Below are positions 19,310 to 29,329 of a stretch of 64,000 nt of DNA, piece by piece (the stretch's first letter is position 1; every line of letters begins with the position of its first letter). The position numbers and the translations under genes were made by a program. The notes beneath the pieces were generated by a model. The model searched no databases. It was not told the DNA's origin and worked only from the letters and a program-made list of their open reading frames with translations. The stretch spans positions 129,754 through 193,753 of the forward strand of contig CP011214.1 of the NCBI GenBank assembly GCA_001029755.1, written 5' to 3'. This DNA is from Candidatus Woesebacteria bacterium GW2011_GWF1_31_35. Its GTDB lineage: Bacteria > Patescibacteriota > Microgenomatia > UBA8517.

Positions 19310-20218
19310 TTAAAATGAAACCCCTTTCTCACCTAGTGCGGCAGAAATAATTTTCAAAGATTTCTCTCCTAAATTTCTTACTTTTACTAATTCTAATTTA
19401 TCAGCTTTTGCTAACGCTTCGACGGTTTCAAAACCTGCCTTTGCAAGTGCATTTGCTACTCTAGTAGGAAGACCAATTTCTTCAACTGAAAGTTTTCCAA
19501 CTAATCCTAAATCACTTGAGATTACTTCCTCCTTTACTTTTTCAATCTTTTTAGGTGTTACTATTTGTTCAAAGTACTCAACTAATGTTTTGGCTGCTTT
19601 TTTAACTGCTTCCTTTGCATCAATCGTTCCATCTGTCCAAACTTCTAAAGTAAGTTTGTCATAATTGGTAAGTCTACCCACACGGGTTTCCTCAACTTTG
19701 TAATTAACTCTTAAAATTGGTGAAAAAGATGCATCCAATGGAATTAATCCAATTTCATTTGATGTTCTTGTATCAGCTGGTAAATAACCTGTTCCTGCTT
19801 CAATTGTCAAATCTGTGTCTAATTTTGCTCCTTTATTAAGAATTGCTAAAACTAAATCGGGATTTGTAACTTCAACATCTGCTGGAAGTTTAATATCAGA
19901 TGCTTTTACCTCACCTGCAGAAGTAACTTTTAAACTTGCGCTAACTGGTTTTTCTCCAGTATATGAAATTCTTACTTTTTTTAAGTTAAGACAAAATTCT
20001 ACTATATCTTCTTTCATGCCAACTAAACTAGAGAATTGATGATTTACTCCAGCAATTTTTACGGAGGTAATAGCTGCGCCTGGAAGAGAAGTTAATAAAA
20101 CTCTTCTTAAAGAATTTCCTAATGTAAACCCATAACCTTGCTCCAAAGGAGTAATGGCTAATTTTGTATAATTTTTCTTTTTTTCTTCTTCTATTATTTC
20201 AAATATTTGTTGTGACAT
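19310..20218 (-). CDS. rpoA: RNA polymerase alpha subunit
   Basis: PLEQGYGFTLGNSLRRVLL, DASFSP, RNLGEKS. Confidence 0.98.
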   Translation of the reverse strand: MSQQIFEIIEEEKKKNYTKLAITPLEQGYGFTLGNSLRRVLLTSLPGAAITSVKIAGVNHQFSSLVGMKEDIVEFCLNLKKVRISYTGEKPVSASLKVTSAGEVKASDIKLPADVEVTNPDLVLAILNKGAKLDTDLTIEAGTGYLPADTRTSNEIGLIPLDASFSPILRVNYKVEETRVGRLTNYDKLTLEVWTDGTIDAKEAVKKAAKTLVEYFEQIVTPKKIEKVKEEVISSDLGLVGKLSVEEIGLPTRVANALAKAGFETVEALAKADKLELVKVRNLGEKSLKIISAALGEKGVSF

Positions 20219-20224
20219 AAAAAT

Positions 20225-20259
20225 ATCACCTCCTTTAAATCAAGCTTTAGATTCTACCA
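20225..20259 (-). promoter_or_regulatory. Possible internal extended -10 promoter and strong SD of rpoA
   Basis: TGGTAGAAT right after the rpsD stop; AAAGGAGGTGAT 6 nt before ATG. Confidence 0.5.
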
Positions 20260-20862
20260 CTATCGTGAGTAGAATTCTACTATATCTTGCTCAGAAACTA
20301 ATTCTTTAATATCCAGTCTAACGGGATCTTTAACAACTTTTCCAACACTAACTTTTCTTTCAAGCCAGCTTGGTGTCTCAAATTCAGTGTCTATCACTAA
20401 TTTTTTAATATTTGGAATTTCTAATGTTTTTGGTGCTAATGATATTACGTCACCAACACTAACTTGATATGATGCAATATTTATTTTTTGACCATTAACT
20501 AATATGTGTCTGTGGGAAACTAATTGTCTTGCCATTGGACGACTCTCGGCAAAACCTAATTTATAAACTGTGTTATCAAGTCTTTTTTCAAGTAAGATAA
20601 GTAACGCTTCTCCAGTATTGCCTTTTGATTTTAAAGCTTTTCCAACATAAATTCTAAATTGTTTTTCTAAAACTCCATAAATTCTTTTGACTTTTTGTTT
20701 TTCCCTTAATTGCCTACCAAATTGAGATTGATTTCTGCCAGGACCTTTTGGCCCATGTACTCCAGGTAAAACATTTAAACGGGTCAATTTTGCCCCTTTA
20801 CCAAAAATATCTATTCCTTCTCGTCTACTTAGTCTATCTTTAGGTCCATTATATTTTGCCAT
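20260..20862 (-). CDS. rpsD: 30S ribosomal protein S4
   Basis: QLREKQK, RLDN, ARQLVSH, IVEFYSR. Confidence 0.98.
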   Translation of the reverse strand: MAKYNGPKDRLSRREGIDIFGKGAKLTRLNVLPGVHGPKGPGRNQSQFGRQLREKQKVKRIYGVLEKQFRIYVGKALKSKGNTGEALLILLEKRLDNTVYKLGFAESRPMARQLVSHRHILVNGQKINIASYQVSVGDVISLAPKTLEIPNIKKLVIDTEFETPSWLERKVSVGKVVKDPVRLDIKELVSEQDIVEFYSR

Positions 20863-20904
20863 ATGTTTATTTTTATTACCTTACAACAAAGTTAAAAACC
20901 TTGT

Positions 20905-21282
20905 TTATACTCTCCTTTTCTTTTTAGGTCTTGGCCCATTATGTGGAATTGGAGTTACATCAGCAATAAGAGTAATTTTAACCCCAGATGCCTTAACTGC
21001 ACGAAGAGCAGCATCTCTACCTGGACCTGGACCTTTAACATAAATTTCAACTTCATCAACACCTTTGTCCTTAGCTTTTTTAATTGCAGTTTCAATTGCA
21101 GTAGTAGCTGCAAAAGGGGTGGATTTTCTAGTACCTTTAAAACCAGATGCACCTGCTGAACACCAAGCAACTGATCCACCAGAATTATCACAAATATTTA
21201 CTAAGGTATTATTAAAGGAAGCAGAAATATAAATTTTAGCAGGTCCTTCTTTTTTAATTTCTTTTATTTTTTTAGTTGCCAT
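20905..21282 (-). CDS. rpsK: 30S ribosomal protein S11
   Basis: SFNNT, RKSTPFAA, DVTPIPHNG. Confidence 0.98.
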   Translation of the reverse strand: MATKKIKEIKKEGPAKIYISASFNNTLVNICDNSGGSVAWCSAGASGFKGTRKSTPFAATTAIETAIKKAKDKGVDEVEIYVKGPGPGRDAALRAVKASGVKITLIADVTPIPHNGPRPKKKRRV

Positions 21283-21304
21283 ATTTAGTATTAATTAAAT
21301 TTAA

Positions 21305-21706
21305 TTATTTAGTCGCTGTTTGTGTTGTCTTAGCTAAAACTTCTTTCTTAAATGCTCCAACTGTTTTTCTTTTTCCTCTTTTAGTTCTAGCATTAGTTTT
21401 TGTTCTTTGGCCTCTTGTAGGAAGTCCTTTGGTATGTCTAGTTCCTCTGTATGAACCAATTGCCTGAAGTCTTCCAATATCAGCTTTAACCCTTCTTACT
21501 AAATCTCCTTCAGTTGGAAATTCTTCAATTTTCCCAGAAATTTTATTTAATTCTTCAGGAGTTAGGTCCTTAATCCTTTTAGAAGGATCAAATTTAAGAC
21601 CATCTAAAAGTTTTTTAGACAAAGGCCAACCTATCCCTTTAATTCTGGTTAAACCAAAGTCAATTCTCCAATTATCATTTAATTCTATTCCTGCTATTCT
21701 TGCCAT
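21305..21706 (-). CDS. rpsM: 30S ribosomal protein S13
   Basis: MARIAG, RGQRTKTNARTKRG. Confidence 0.98.
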   Translation of the reverse strand: MARIAGIELNDNWRIDFGLTRIKGIGWPLSKKLLDGLKFDPSKRIKDLTPEELNKISGKIEEFPTEGDLVRRVKADIGRLQAIGSYRGTRHTKGLPTRGQRTKTNARTKRGKRKTVGAFKKEVLAKTTQTATK

Positions 21707-21720
21707 TTTTTTAAAATAAA

Positions 21721-21834
21721 TTATCCTTGTCTTTGCTTATGGCGAGGATTTTTACAAATAATACGTAAAACCCCAGCTCTTTTAATAAGCTTACAGTCTC
21801 TACATCTTTTTTTAACTGATGCTATAACTTTCAT
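21721..21834 (-). CDS. rpmJ: 50S ribosomal protein L36 (Zn-binding form), absent from ORF track
   Basis: [37 protein letters not shown]. Confidence 0.97.
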   Translation of the reverse strand: MKVIASVKKRCRDCKLIKRAGVLRIICKNPRHKQRQG

Positions 21835-21860
21835 ATAATTTTATTGATTTTTTAAAACGT

Positions 21861-22076
21861 TTAAAACTTAAAAACTATCCTTCCTCTATCTTCATCATAT
21901 TTTGTCATTTCAACCTTGACTCTATCTCCAGGAAAAACTCTTACATATGCTTTACGCATCTTACCCTTAAGGGTGGTAAGTAAGCTTTTTCCATCTTTTG
22001 TAACTACCCTAAACATTGTATTAGGTAAAAGTTCAGTTACCATTCCCTCAATCTCATAATTTCCATCCGTTTTCAT
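21861..22076 (-). CDS. infA: Translation initiation factor IF-1
   Basis: LPNTMFRV, GKMR, GDRVKVE, GRIVF. Confidence 0.97.
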   Translation of the reverse strand: MKTDGNYEIEGMVTELLPNTMFRVVTKDGKSLLTTLKGKMRKAYVRVFPGDRVKVEMTKYDEDRGRIVFKF

Positions 22077-22111
22077 ATATAAACTATTGCTCTAATAAAA
22101 AAAATAATCAC

Positions 22112-22867
22112 TTAAGTGATTACTTTATATCCTTTCTGGGTAACAATTACTGTATCCTCAAAAAGCCCTGCTATTTTACCATCCGCAGTTGAGATTGTCC
22201 ACCCATTACTTTCTTTGACTAATTTGTGGCTACCTAAAGTGTACATTACTTCAATTGCCAAAGCCATCCCAGGAACGATTTTTGGGGTTTCAATACGAAG
22301 CCCAGACACAAAACATGGAATATATGGATTTTCATGTAAATTTTTACCAATTCCATGCCCAGTTAAATCTTTAACCACAGAATAACCACCTAAGGTAACA
22401 GACTTTTCGATTTGCTCTGAAATATCATAAATATAACTTTTGTTTGGAACAACAGAAGAAATTGCCTTTTGCAAAGATTTTTTACCAACTTTTAAAAACT
22501 CCTCAACTTCTTTATTTGGGTTAATTGCCAAACTTATTGAAGTATCTGTATGAAATCCTTTGTAAAACATACCCAAATCAATACTTACCAAATCTCCATC
22601 TTTAAAAACTATATCTTCAGATGGAATTCCGTGTACAACACCTTCATTGATATTAATGCACGTTGTCCATGAATATCCTGGAACCATTTTAAAAGAAGGT
22701 TTTCCCTCACATTCTTCTATCAACTTTTCAGCTAATTTATCAATTTCATAAGCTGAAACTCCTGCCTTTACTTCTTTTTCCAATAAATGTTTGACTTGAG
22801 AAAGTTTTTTGCCTCCTTCTTCCATTAAATTTAACTCTTCATCAGATTTAATTGTTATTTTGTTCAT
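22112..22867 (-). CDS. map: Methionine aminopeptidase type I
   Basis: VVHGIP, D-LG...DT, GHGIG-LHE, AIE. Confidence 0.95.
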   Translation of the reverse strand: MNKITIKSDEELNLMEEGGKKLSQVKHLLEKEVKAGVSAYEIDKLAEKLIEECEGKPSFKMVPGYSWTTCININEGVVHGIPSEDIVFKDGDLVSIDLGMFYKGFHTDTSISLAINPNKEVEEFLKVGKKSLQKAISSVVPNKSYIYDISEQIEKSVTLGGYSVVKDLTGHGIGKNLHENPYIPCFVSGLRIETPKIVPGMALAIEVMYTLGSHKLVKESNGWTISTADGKIAGLFEDTVIVTQKGYKVIT

Positions 22868-23507
22868 TTTTTACCCTTTCAACAATTTCTACTAAGTCTT
22901 TTTGAATTTCATCAATTGGTCTTTCCCCATTAACTTTTGTTAACTTTCCCATCTTTTCAACATAATCAATTAATTCTTTTGTATTATTTTCATAATATTC
23001 AAATCTTACTTTGACTGAATCTTCATTATCATCTTTTCTTTGAATTAAATTAGAACCACATTTATCACACTTTCCAGGAAACTTAGATGGTTTAGTAATT
23101 AAATTGAAATTTTCTCCACAAGCTTCACAAACTCTACGTGAAGATATTCTTTTTATTGCTTCTTCTTGACTTACATCAAGTGAAATAACTAAATCTAGAT
23201 TATCTCCCTTTGTAATTAAAAAATTTGAAAGTGCTTCAAACTGAGAGATAAAACGAGGGAAACCTTCAAACAAAATATTTTTAAGATCAGGTTTTTCATT
23301 ACTTAAAAAATTAATAACATGCATGGTCATTTCTTCAGCTGGAATTAATTTACCTGAATCAATAATTTCTTTAATTCTTTGATCTTTTTCAGCCAATTTT
23401 CTTGCAACTTCTCCTGTTGAAAGATGATAAAGGTTAAATTTTTTACATAAAAGATCTGCTTGTGTACCTTTTCCTGAGGCTGGAGAACCAAGTAAAACTA
23501 TATTCAT
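22848..23507 (-). CDS. adk: Adenylate kinase (Zn-LID type)
   Basis: GSPASGKGT, GFPR, CxxC...CxxC LID. Confidence 0.95.
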   Translation of the reverse strand: MNIVLLGSPASGKGTQADLLCKKFNLYHLSTGEVARKLAEKDQRIKEIIDSGKLIPAEEMTMHVINFLSNEKPDLKNILFEGFPRFISQFEALSNFLITKGDNLDLVISLDVSQEEAIKRISSRRVCEACGENFNLITKPSKFPGKCDKCGSNLIQRKDDNEDSVKVRFEYYENNTKELIDYVEKMGKLTKVNGERPIDEIQKDLVEIVERVKNEQNNN

Positions 23508-24784
23508 CTTGAAAACCCTTCATATTTACTCATTAATAAATCTCCTTCAATTTCTCTAACAATTTCTAATACAACTGAGATAACAATCAATACTCCAGTT
23601 CCACCAATTGCTAAATTAGTACTTCCTACTGTTTTTTGAAATAAAGATGGTAAGACTGCAACAGAACCTAAAAATATTGCTCCAACTAAAGTAATTCTAC
23701 TTAATACATATGACAAATATTTTATAGTTGAACTTCCAGGTCTTATCCCTGGAATAAACCCACCGCTTTTCTGCAAATTTTCTGAAATTTTTTCAGGGTT
23801 AAAAACAACAGAAGTATAAAAGTATGTAAATCCAACAACTAACAAAAAGTAAATTACGTTATAAGAAATTGATGTTGGATTAAAAAACTTTTGGATTGCT
23901 CCAGATATACTAATAATTGCAGAATTATTTGAGGCACTTAAAAATTGAGTGACCATACTTGGCATTAAAACAAGAGAAACTGCAAAGATTATTGGAATTA
24001 CTCCTGCCTGATTTAAACGAAGTGGCAAATATGAAGAAGATTGTCTTAAACCTCTTGATGCTTTTGCATAACTTATTGGAATTTGTCTTATTGCCTCATT
24101 TACAAAAATGATAAGACCAATAACTGCAATTGCACTTACTCCAAAGATTATTAGTTTTAAAATATCTTGTGAATTAAAGGTTGAAATTGTTTGACCTAAT
24201 GTAATTGGAAGTCTTGAAATAATTCCAACAAAAATCAAAAATGAAATTCCACTTTTAAATGCATATTCTGTAATTAAATCTCCAAGCCAAACAGCAAACA
24301 TTGTTCCAGCCGTCATTGTTAGACAAAGAATTATTAATTGGGAAATGCTTAAATTTCCAATTACATTTTGAGATTTTAAAAGCATATACATTCCAAAACT
24401 TTGCATAATAGCAAGAGGTACGGTTAAAAATCTTGTATATTGATTTATTTTTTCTTGTCCGTATTCACCCTCTTTTTGTAATTCTTCTAAGGAAGGTATT
24501 ACATAACCCAATAGCTGCAAAATAATTGAGGCATTAATGTAAGGATTTAAACCTAATGCCATTATTGAAAAATTAGCTAAAGTTCCACCAGAAAAAACAT
24601 CTAAAAGAGATAAAAGTGGGCTACCTGCAAATAAAGCTGAAAGACTATTTTTGTCAATTCCAGCAGCAGGAATATGAGCTGCAATTCTAAAAACTAAAAG
24701 TATAAGTGCGGTAATCAACACTTTTTTCCTTAACCCTGGATGAGTTACAACTTTTTTAAAAAAATGGGCAATAGATGAAAACAT
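23504..24784 (-). CDS. secY: Preprotein translocase SecY
   Basis: ALGLNPYINASII, AGVIPIIFA, FIPGIRPG. Confidence 0.98.
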   Translation of the reverse strand: MFSSIAHFFKKVVTHPGLRKKVLITALILLVFRIAAHIPAAGIDKNSLSALFAGSPLLSLLDVFSGGTLANFSIMALGLNPYINASIILQLLGYVIPSLEELQKEGEYGQEKINQYTRFLTVPLAIMQSFGMYMLLKSQNVIGNLSISQLIILCLTMTAGTMFAVWLGDLITEYAFKSGISFLIFVGIISRLPITLGQTISTFNSQDILKLIIFGVSAIAVIGLIIFVNEAIRQIPISYAKASRGLRQSSSYLPLRLNQAGVIPIIFAVSLVLMPSMVTQFLSASNNSAIISISGAIQKFFNPTSISYNVIYFLLVVGFTYFYTSVVFNPEKISENLQKSGGFIPGIRPGSSTIKYLSYVLSRITLVGAIFLGSVAVLPSLFQKTVGSTNLAIGGTGVLIVISVVLEIVREIEGDLLMSKYEGFSR

Positions 24785-24804
24785 TAATTTTAAAATAGAT
24801 AAAA

Positions 24805-25170
24805 CTATTTCGACATTGGCACTAAAATTTCAAGATCTTTCCTTAAACTTCCCTTTCCTAAAATCTTAACTCCGTAAGTAAAGGCATCCTTTTTACTTAT
24901 AATTCCTTTTTCTATCAAAGAATCAAGATCAACTTTTGATCCTTTTTTAAAAACTTTCAACTTATCTAAAGAAATTGTTATTGGTTTTTTCTTAGCAAGA
25001 AACTTACCCTTACCACGAAGTAAAGGAAATTTCTTTAAAGTTGATTTTTTAACTTTTACTCCTTCAAAAAGAATATGTATACTTGTTCTAGCTTTTTGTC
25101 CTTTTTGACCACGACCAGAGGTATGACCTCCTTTACCACTTCCATAACCTCTGCCTAATCTTTTAGCCAT
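24805..25170 (-). CDS. rplO: 50S ribosomal protein L15 (short)
   Basis: RLGRGYGSGKG, GRGQKGQKAR, FEG, VKILG. Confidence 0.95.
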   Translation of the reverse strand: MAKRLGRGYGSGKGGHTSGRGQKGQKARTSIHILFEGVKVKKSTLKKFPLLRGKGKFLAKKKPITISLDKLKVFKKGSKVDLDSLIEKGIISKKDAFTYGVKILGKGSLRKDLEILVPMSK

Positions 25171-25655
25171 TATTTTTTACCTCCTTCTTTTTGAAAATCT
25201 TTCTTTAAAATCAAAAGTGATGCTTTTTCCAAAGCTAAAATTGTTGCTTTAACATTTGATATTTTATTATTACTTCCTAATGTTTTTCCAACAACATCCC
25301 TTAAACCAGCTGATTCTAATACAACCCTCATAGGACCACCCGCAATAATTCCTGACCCTGGAGGAGCTGGTTTTAATAAAACTTTAGAAGCTCCAAATTT
25401 GGCTCTCATAGAAAATGGAATTGTAGTACCCTTCATCGTAATTTTAACCATTTTTTTCTTAGCAGCTTCTATTGCTTTTCTAATAGCATTCCTAACATCA
25501 TGTGCTTTTGCATTACCTACTCCAACTTTTCCTTTTTTATCACCCAAAACAACTAAAGCAGCAAATCTTATTTGATTTCCACCTTTAGTTTTTTTAGAAA
25601 TTCTATTAATCTGAACTACTGTTTCTGTAAATTCTCTTTCTTCTCTATAATCCAT
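25170..25655 (-). CDS. rpsE: 30S ribosomal protein S5
   Basis: RISKKTKGG, LKPAPPGSGIIAGG. Confidence 0.98.
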   Translation of the reverse strand: MDYREEREFTETVVQINRISKKTKGGNQIRFAALVVLGDKKGKVGVGNAKAHDVRNAIRKAIEAAKKKMVKITMKGTTIPFSMRAKFGASKVLLKPAPPGSGIIAGGPMRVVLESAGLRDVVGKTLGSNNKISNVKATILALEKASLLILKKDFQKEGGKK

Positions 25656-25686
25656 ATTTATATTTTAATTTTAACTTCTAATTAAG

Positions 25687-26034
25687 TTAAAATTCTAAAC
25701 CTCCTTCTCTTGCTCCATCAGCGACAGCTTTAATCTTTCCATGATATTTATAACCACCTTTATCAAAAACTGTTTTTTTGATCTTTTTTGTCTTTGCCTT
25801 TTCTGCTAAAAGTTTACCTAACTCCTTTGCTCTGCCTATACCATCTTTTTCTAATTTACCAAGTTTTCCTAAACTTTTATCAGACATTGATACAATTGTT
25901 AAACCTTTTTCATCATCAATAATTTGAGCTGAAACAAATTTATTTGATCTAAAAACAGAAAGTCTAGGCCTTATTCCAGTACCATTAATTTTTGATCTTA
26001 CTCTAAATTTTCTTCTATCAAATTTTGTTTTCAT
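25687..26034 (-). CDS. rplR: 50S ribosomal protein L18
   Basis: [29 protein letters not shown]. Confidence 0.98.
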   Translation of the reverse strand: MKTKFDRRKFRVRSKINGTGIRPRLSVFRSNKFVSAQIIDDEKGLTIVSMSDKSLGKLGKLEKDGIGRAKELGKLLAEKAKTKKIKKTVFDKGGYKYHGKIKAVADGAREGGLEF

Positions 26035-26050
26035 AATTTTTTATTTATGC

Positions 26051-26596
26051 TTATTGGGCTGCAGCTTTAGCTGCCTTTCCCGCTTTTCTTCTTATTATTT
26101 CATCAATATATTTAACGCCTTTTCCTTTATAAGGTTCTGGTGGACGTGAACTTCTAATATTAGCTGATACCTGACCTACAACTTGTTTATCAATGCCTTC
26201 TACTGTAATAATACTTTTTTCAACTTTAAAAGTTATTCCTTCAGGGGCTTCAATTTTAATAGGATGAGAATATCCAACTGTTAAAACTAAAGTATTACCA
26301 TTAACTTCAGCTCTATAACCAGTTCCCACAAGTTCCAATTGTTTTTTCCAACCCTCAGTTACTCCTTTTATCATATTAGAAATTAACATTCTAGTTGTAC
26401 CCCAAATTGATCTTGCAATTTTACTATCCTTTGCAATTCCAACTAGAACTTTACCTTCATCAATTTTGACATTTACTTCCTTAGTAAAATTAAATGATAA
26501 TTTACCTTTAGGACCTACTACATCAACAGCATTTCCGTTTATTTCAACAGTTACTCCATTTGGTATTTCGATTGGTTGTTGTCCGATTTTACTCAT
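26051..26596 (-). CDS. rplF: 50S ribosomal protein L6
   Basis: MSKIG, GTGYRA, PEPYKGKG. Confidence 0.98.
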   Translation of the reverse strand: MSKIGQQPIEIPNGVTVEINGNAVDVVGPKGKLSFNFTKEVNVKIDEGKVLVGIAKDSKIARSIWGTTRMLISNMIKGVTEGWKKQLELVGTGYRAEVNGNTLVLTVGYSHPIKIEAPEGITFKVEKSIITVEGIDKQVVGQVSANIRSSRPPEPYKGKGVKYIDEIIRRKAGKAAKAAAQ

Positions 26597-26606
26597 ATTT
26601 TTATTT

Positions 26607-26984
26607 TTAAATTACTTTAGCTATTACCTCTCCACCAACTCTTAATTTCTTCGCCATTTTCCCTGAGATAACACCCTTAGGGGTAGTTAATATATAAATA
26701 TCAGGGGTTTTTATTTTTTCAATTTCATCTGCACTCATATAAATTCTTAATCCTGGTCTTGAAATAATTGTCACATTAGAAAGAACTGGTTTCTTACTAA
26801 ATATCGTTAATTTAACAATTATTTTTCCATCTTTTTCTTCAACAGAATCCAAAAATCTTTCAGCCTTTAAAGCTTTAGCCACTTCTAAAACTAATTTTGT
26901 CTTTGGAAAGACAACTTCTTTTATATTTGCCATTGCAGCATTTTTAAGTCTTATTAAAAAATCTCCAACTTGATAGTTTGTCAT
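26607..26984 (-). CDS. rpsH: 30S ribosomal protein S8
   Basis: DFLIRLKNA, SRPGLRIY, GGEVI. Confidence 0.97.
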   Translation of the reverse strand: MTNYQVGDFLIRLKNAAMANIKEVVFPKTKLVLEVAKALKAERFLDSVEEKDGKIIVKLTIFSKKPVLSNVTIISRPGLRIYMSADEIEKIKTPDIYILTTPKGVISGKMAKKLRVGGEVIAKVI

Positions 26985-26987
26985 ATT

Positions 26988-27173
26988 TTACCAACTTGCC
27001 TTTCTAACTCCAGGAATTTCTCCATTTAGAGCATGTTCTCTAAAACAAAGTCTACATATTCCATATTTCCTCATATAACCTCTTGGCCTTCCACAAAGCT
27101 TACATCTATTTCTATATCTAATTTTATATTTTAATTTCTTTGTTTCTCTAACTTCTTTTGATTTTTTCGCCAT
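26988..27173 (-). CDS. rpsN: 30S ribosomal protein S14, Zn-binding type Z
   Basis: [10 protein letters not shown]...CRLCFRE...KASW. Confidence 0.98.
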   Translation of the reverse strand: MAKKSKEVRETKKLKYKIRYRNRCKLCGRPRGYMRKYGICRLCFREHALNGEIPGVRKASW

Positions 27174-27197
27174 ATTTTTAAAATTTATTTAGTGTCG

Positions 27198-27740
27198 TCA
27201 ATTCTTGATAAAAGGCATACCCATTAGTTCTAATAATCTTGTTCCTTTTTCAATTGATCCTGCATTTGTAACAAATGTAATTTCCATTCCATGTGGATTG
27301 GCAGCTTTTGTGATATCAATTTCAGGAAAAACTGTATGATCAGTTAAACCTACGGTGTAACTTCCAAATCTATCAAAACTAGTTCTTTTAACACCTCTAA
27401 AATCTCTTAACCTTGGAAGTACAATATTAACAAACTTATCAAAAAAATCATACATTCTTTCTCCTCTTAAAGTAGCTGCTAAGCCTACCACCATTCCTTC
27501 TCTAATTCCAAATGTAGCAACTGAAAGTTTAGCTTGTTTTTCAGCTAACTTCTGACCTGCAATTGCTGTAAAGTCTCGTATTAAACTGTCTTTTAATTCT
27601 TTATTTTTTAAAGAATCACCAATACCTACGTTAATATTAATTTTAGTAAGTTTAGGAATTGCCATTACATTTTTAACACCAAATTCACTTACTAGTGTTT
27701 TCTTTATCTCTTTGTTATATTTTTCGTTTAATCTACTCAT
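27198..27740 (-). CDS. rplE: 50S ribosomal protein L5
   Basis: TLRGERMY, LPRLRDFRG, FPEI. Confidence 0.98.
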   Translation of the reverse strand: MSRLNEKYNKEIKKTLVSEFGVKNVMAIPKLTKININVGIGDSLKNKELKDSLIRDFTAIAGQKLAEKQAKLSVATFGIREGMVVGLAATLRGERMYDFFDKFVNIVLPRLRDFRGVKRTSFDRFGSYTVGLTDHTVFPEIDITKAANPHGMEITFVTNAGSIEKGTRLLELMGMPFIKN

Positions 27741-27769
27741 ATTTCTTTTTATATATATTTATTTTAAAT

Positions 27770-28072
27770 TTATATTTCCTTTTTACATTTTTTACAAATT
27801 CTTACTTTTTCATTTTTTACAAGTCTTACACCAACTCTTGTTACTTTTTTACAAAGTGGGCAAATTAAAGCGATTTTAGCTAAATTAAGAGGTCTTGGTA
27901 TATCATAAACTCCACCTTTTTGTCCTTGTGAACCTTTTATATGTTTTTTATAAATATTTACACCAGGAACCACAACGGTATTTTCTTTAGGTGATATTTT
28001 TTCAATTTTTCCCTCTCTACCTTTATCCTTACCTGCTGTTATTTTTACTGTATCTCCAACTTTTAATTTCAT
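27770..28072 (-). CDS. rplX: 50S ribosomal protein L24
   Basis: KVGDTVKITAGKDKG KOW motif; real start ATG 28072. Confidence 0.97.
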   Translation of the reverse strand: MKLKVGDTVKITAGKDKGREGKIEKISPKENTVVVPGVNIYKKHIKGSQGQKGGVYDIPRPLNLAKIALICPLCKKVTRVGVRLVKNEKVRICKKCKKEI

Positions 28073-28082
28073 GTTATTTTTT

Positions 28083-28448
28083 TTAAACAACCTCCCTTGA
28101 TAATGATGCAATTTTATTAAATCCTACTTCTTTAACTTCCCTTGCTAGAGGTCCTAGTATTCTAGTTCCTAAAGGCATTCCCTGTTTGTCAATTACGACT
28201 CCTGCATTATCATCAAATCGTATATAAGTTCCATCAAACCTTCTTACTTCTTTTTTTGTTCTAACAATTAAAACTTTTACCTTTTCATGATCTTTTACTG
28301 TTCCATTTGGATCAGCACCCCTAACAACACAAAGGACAACATCTCCTAGGGTTGCTATCTTCCCAACTCTTCCAGGAACTCCAATTATCATTAATTTCTT
28401 TGCTCCTGAATTATCTGCTGGAACTAAAAATGATCTTAATTGAACCAT
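28083..28448 (-). CDS. rplN: 50S ribosomal protein L14
   Basis: [21 protein letters not shown]. Confidence 0.98.
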   Translation of the reverse strand: MVQLRSFLVPADNSGAKKLMIIGVPGRVGKIATLGDVVLCVVRGADPNGTVKDHEKVKVLIVRTKKEVRRFDGTYIRFDDNAGVVIDKQGMPLGTRILGPLAREVKEVGFNKIASLSREVV

Positions 28449-28449
28449 A

Positions 28450-28671
28450 TTATTTTTCTAATACCCTCCATCTTTTTGTTTTACTAATAGGTCTTGTTTC
28501 TACAAATTTAATGGTCTCGCCAACTTTTAATTCTTTCTCTGAATGAACTTGATATTTTTTATTTCTCTTGAATCTTTTTTTGTAAATTGGATGAGCCAAA
28601 AATCTTTCCACTTCAATAGTTACCGTCTTTGGCATCTTTGTTGATATTATTTTTCCTGTAAATATTTTCAT
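28450..28671 (-). CDS. rpsQ: 30S ribosomal protein S17
   Basis: [17 protein letters not shown]. Confidence 0.98.
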   Translation of the reverse strand: MKIFTGKIISTKMPKTVTIEVERFLAHPIYKKRFKRNKKYQVHSEKELKVGETIKFVETRPISKTKRWRVLEK

Positions 28672-28694
28672 AATTATAAATTTATAAGCTTCAC

Positions 28695-28910
28695 TTATTT
28701 TTTATTACTTTCTAAAAATTCCTTTTCTTTAATTATTGACATAATCTGTGCAATTTCTTTTTTTAATGCCCAGGTCTTTTTCAAATTTTTTTCTTTACCA
28801 GAGAGCATTTTAACCTGATTTTTAAGAAGTTCAAGCTTTTTTTTCAAAACCAAAGCTTTTAATTCTTTTATTTCTTTAATTTTAATACTCTGTAATTCTT
28901 TTATTTTCAT
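28695..28910 (-). CDS. rpmC: 50S ribosomal protein L29
   Basis: Position between rplP and rpsQ; KKEIAQIMSII. Confidence 0.9.
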   Translation of the reverse strand: MKIKELQSIKIKEIKELKALVLKKKLELLKNQVKMLSGKEKNLKKTWALKKEIAQIMSIIKEKEFLESNKK

Positions 28911-28924
28911 ATATTTTTATTAAG

Positions 28925-29329
28925 TTATTTCTCTACCATTTTTGTAGCTATCGGTAATTTTGCTGCTGCTCTTAAAAATGCTTCTTTAACAATTTCTTTT
29001 GAAGCCCCTGCTACTTCAAACAAAATTCTACCAGGTTTTACAACTGCAACGTGTTTTTCTACGTCTCCTTTACCTCCACCCATTCTTTTTCCTGCAGCTC
29101 TACCTGATATTGGTTTATCTGGAAAAATTCTAATCCAAACTTTACCACCTCTTTTAAGATGATGTGAAATAGCTTTTCTAGCAGCTTCAATTTGTGCTGC
29201 ACTAACCCAAGCAACTTCCATTGCTTTAAGTCCAAAATCTCCGAAAGAAATTGAACTTCCTCGAAGTGCTGTACCTCTTCTTCTACCTCTAAAATTTTTT
29301 GTAAATTTTTCTCTTTTTGGCTGCAACAT
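28925..29329 (-). CDS. rplP: 50S ribosomal protein L16
   Basis: [22 protein letters not shown]. Confidence 0.98.
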   Translation of the reverse strand: MLQPKREKFTKNFRGRRRGTALRGSSISFGDFGLKAMEVAWVSAAQIEAARKAISHHLKRGGKVWIRIFPDKPISGRAAGKRMGGGKGDVEKHVAVVKPGRILFEVAGASKEIVKEAFLRAAAKLPIATKMVEK

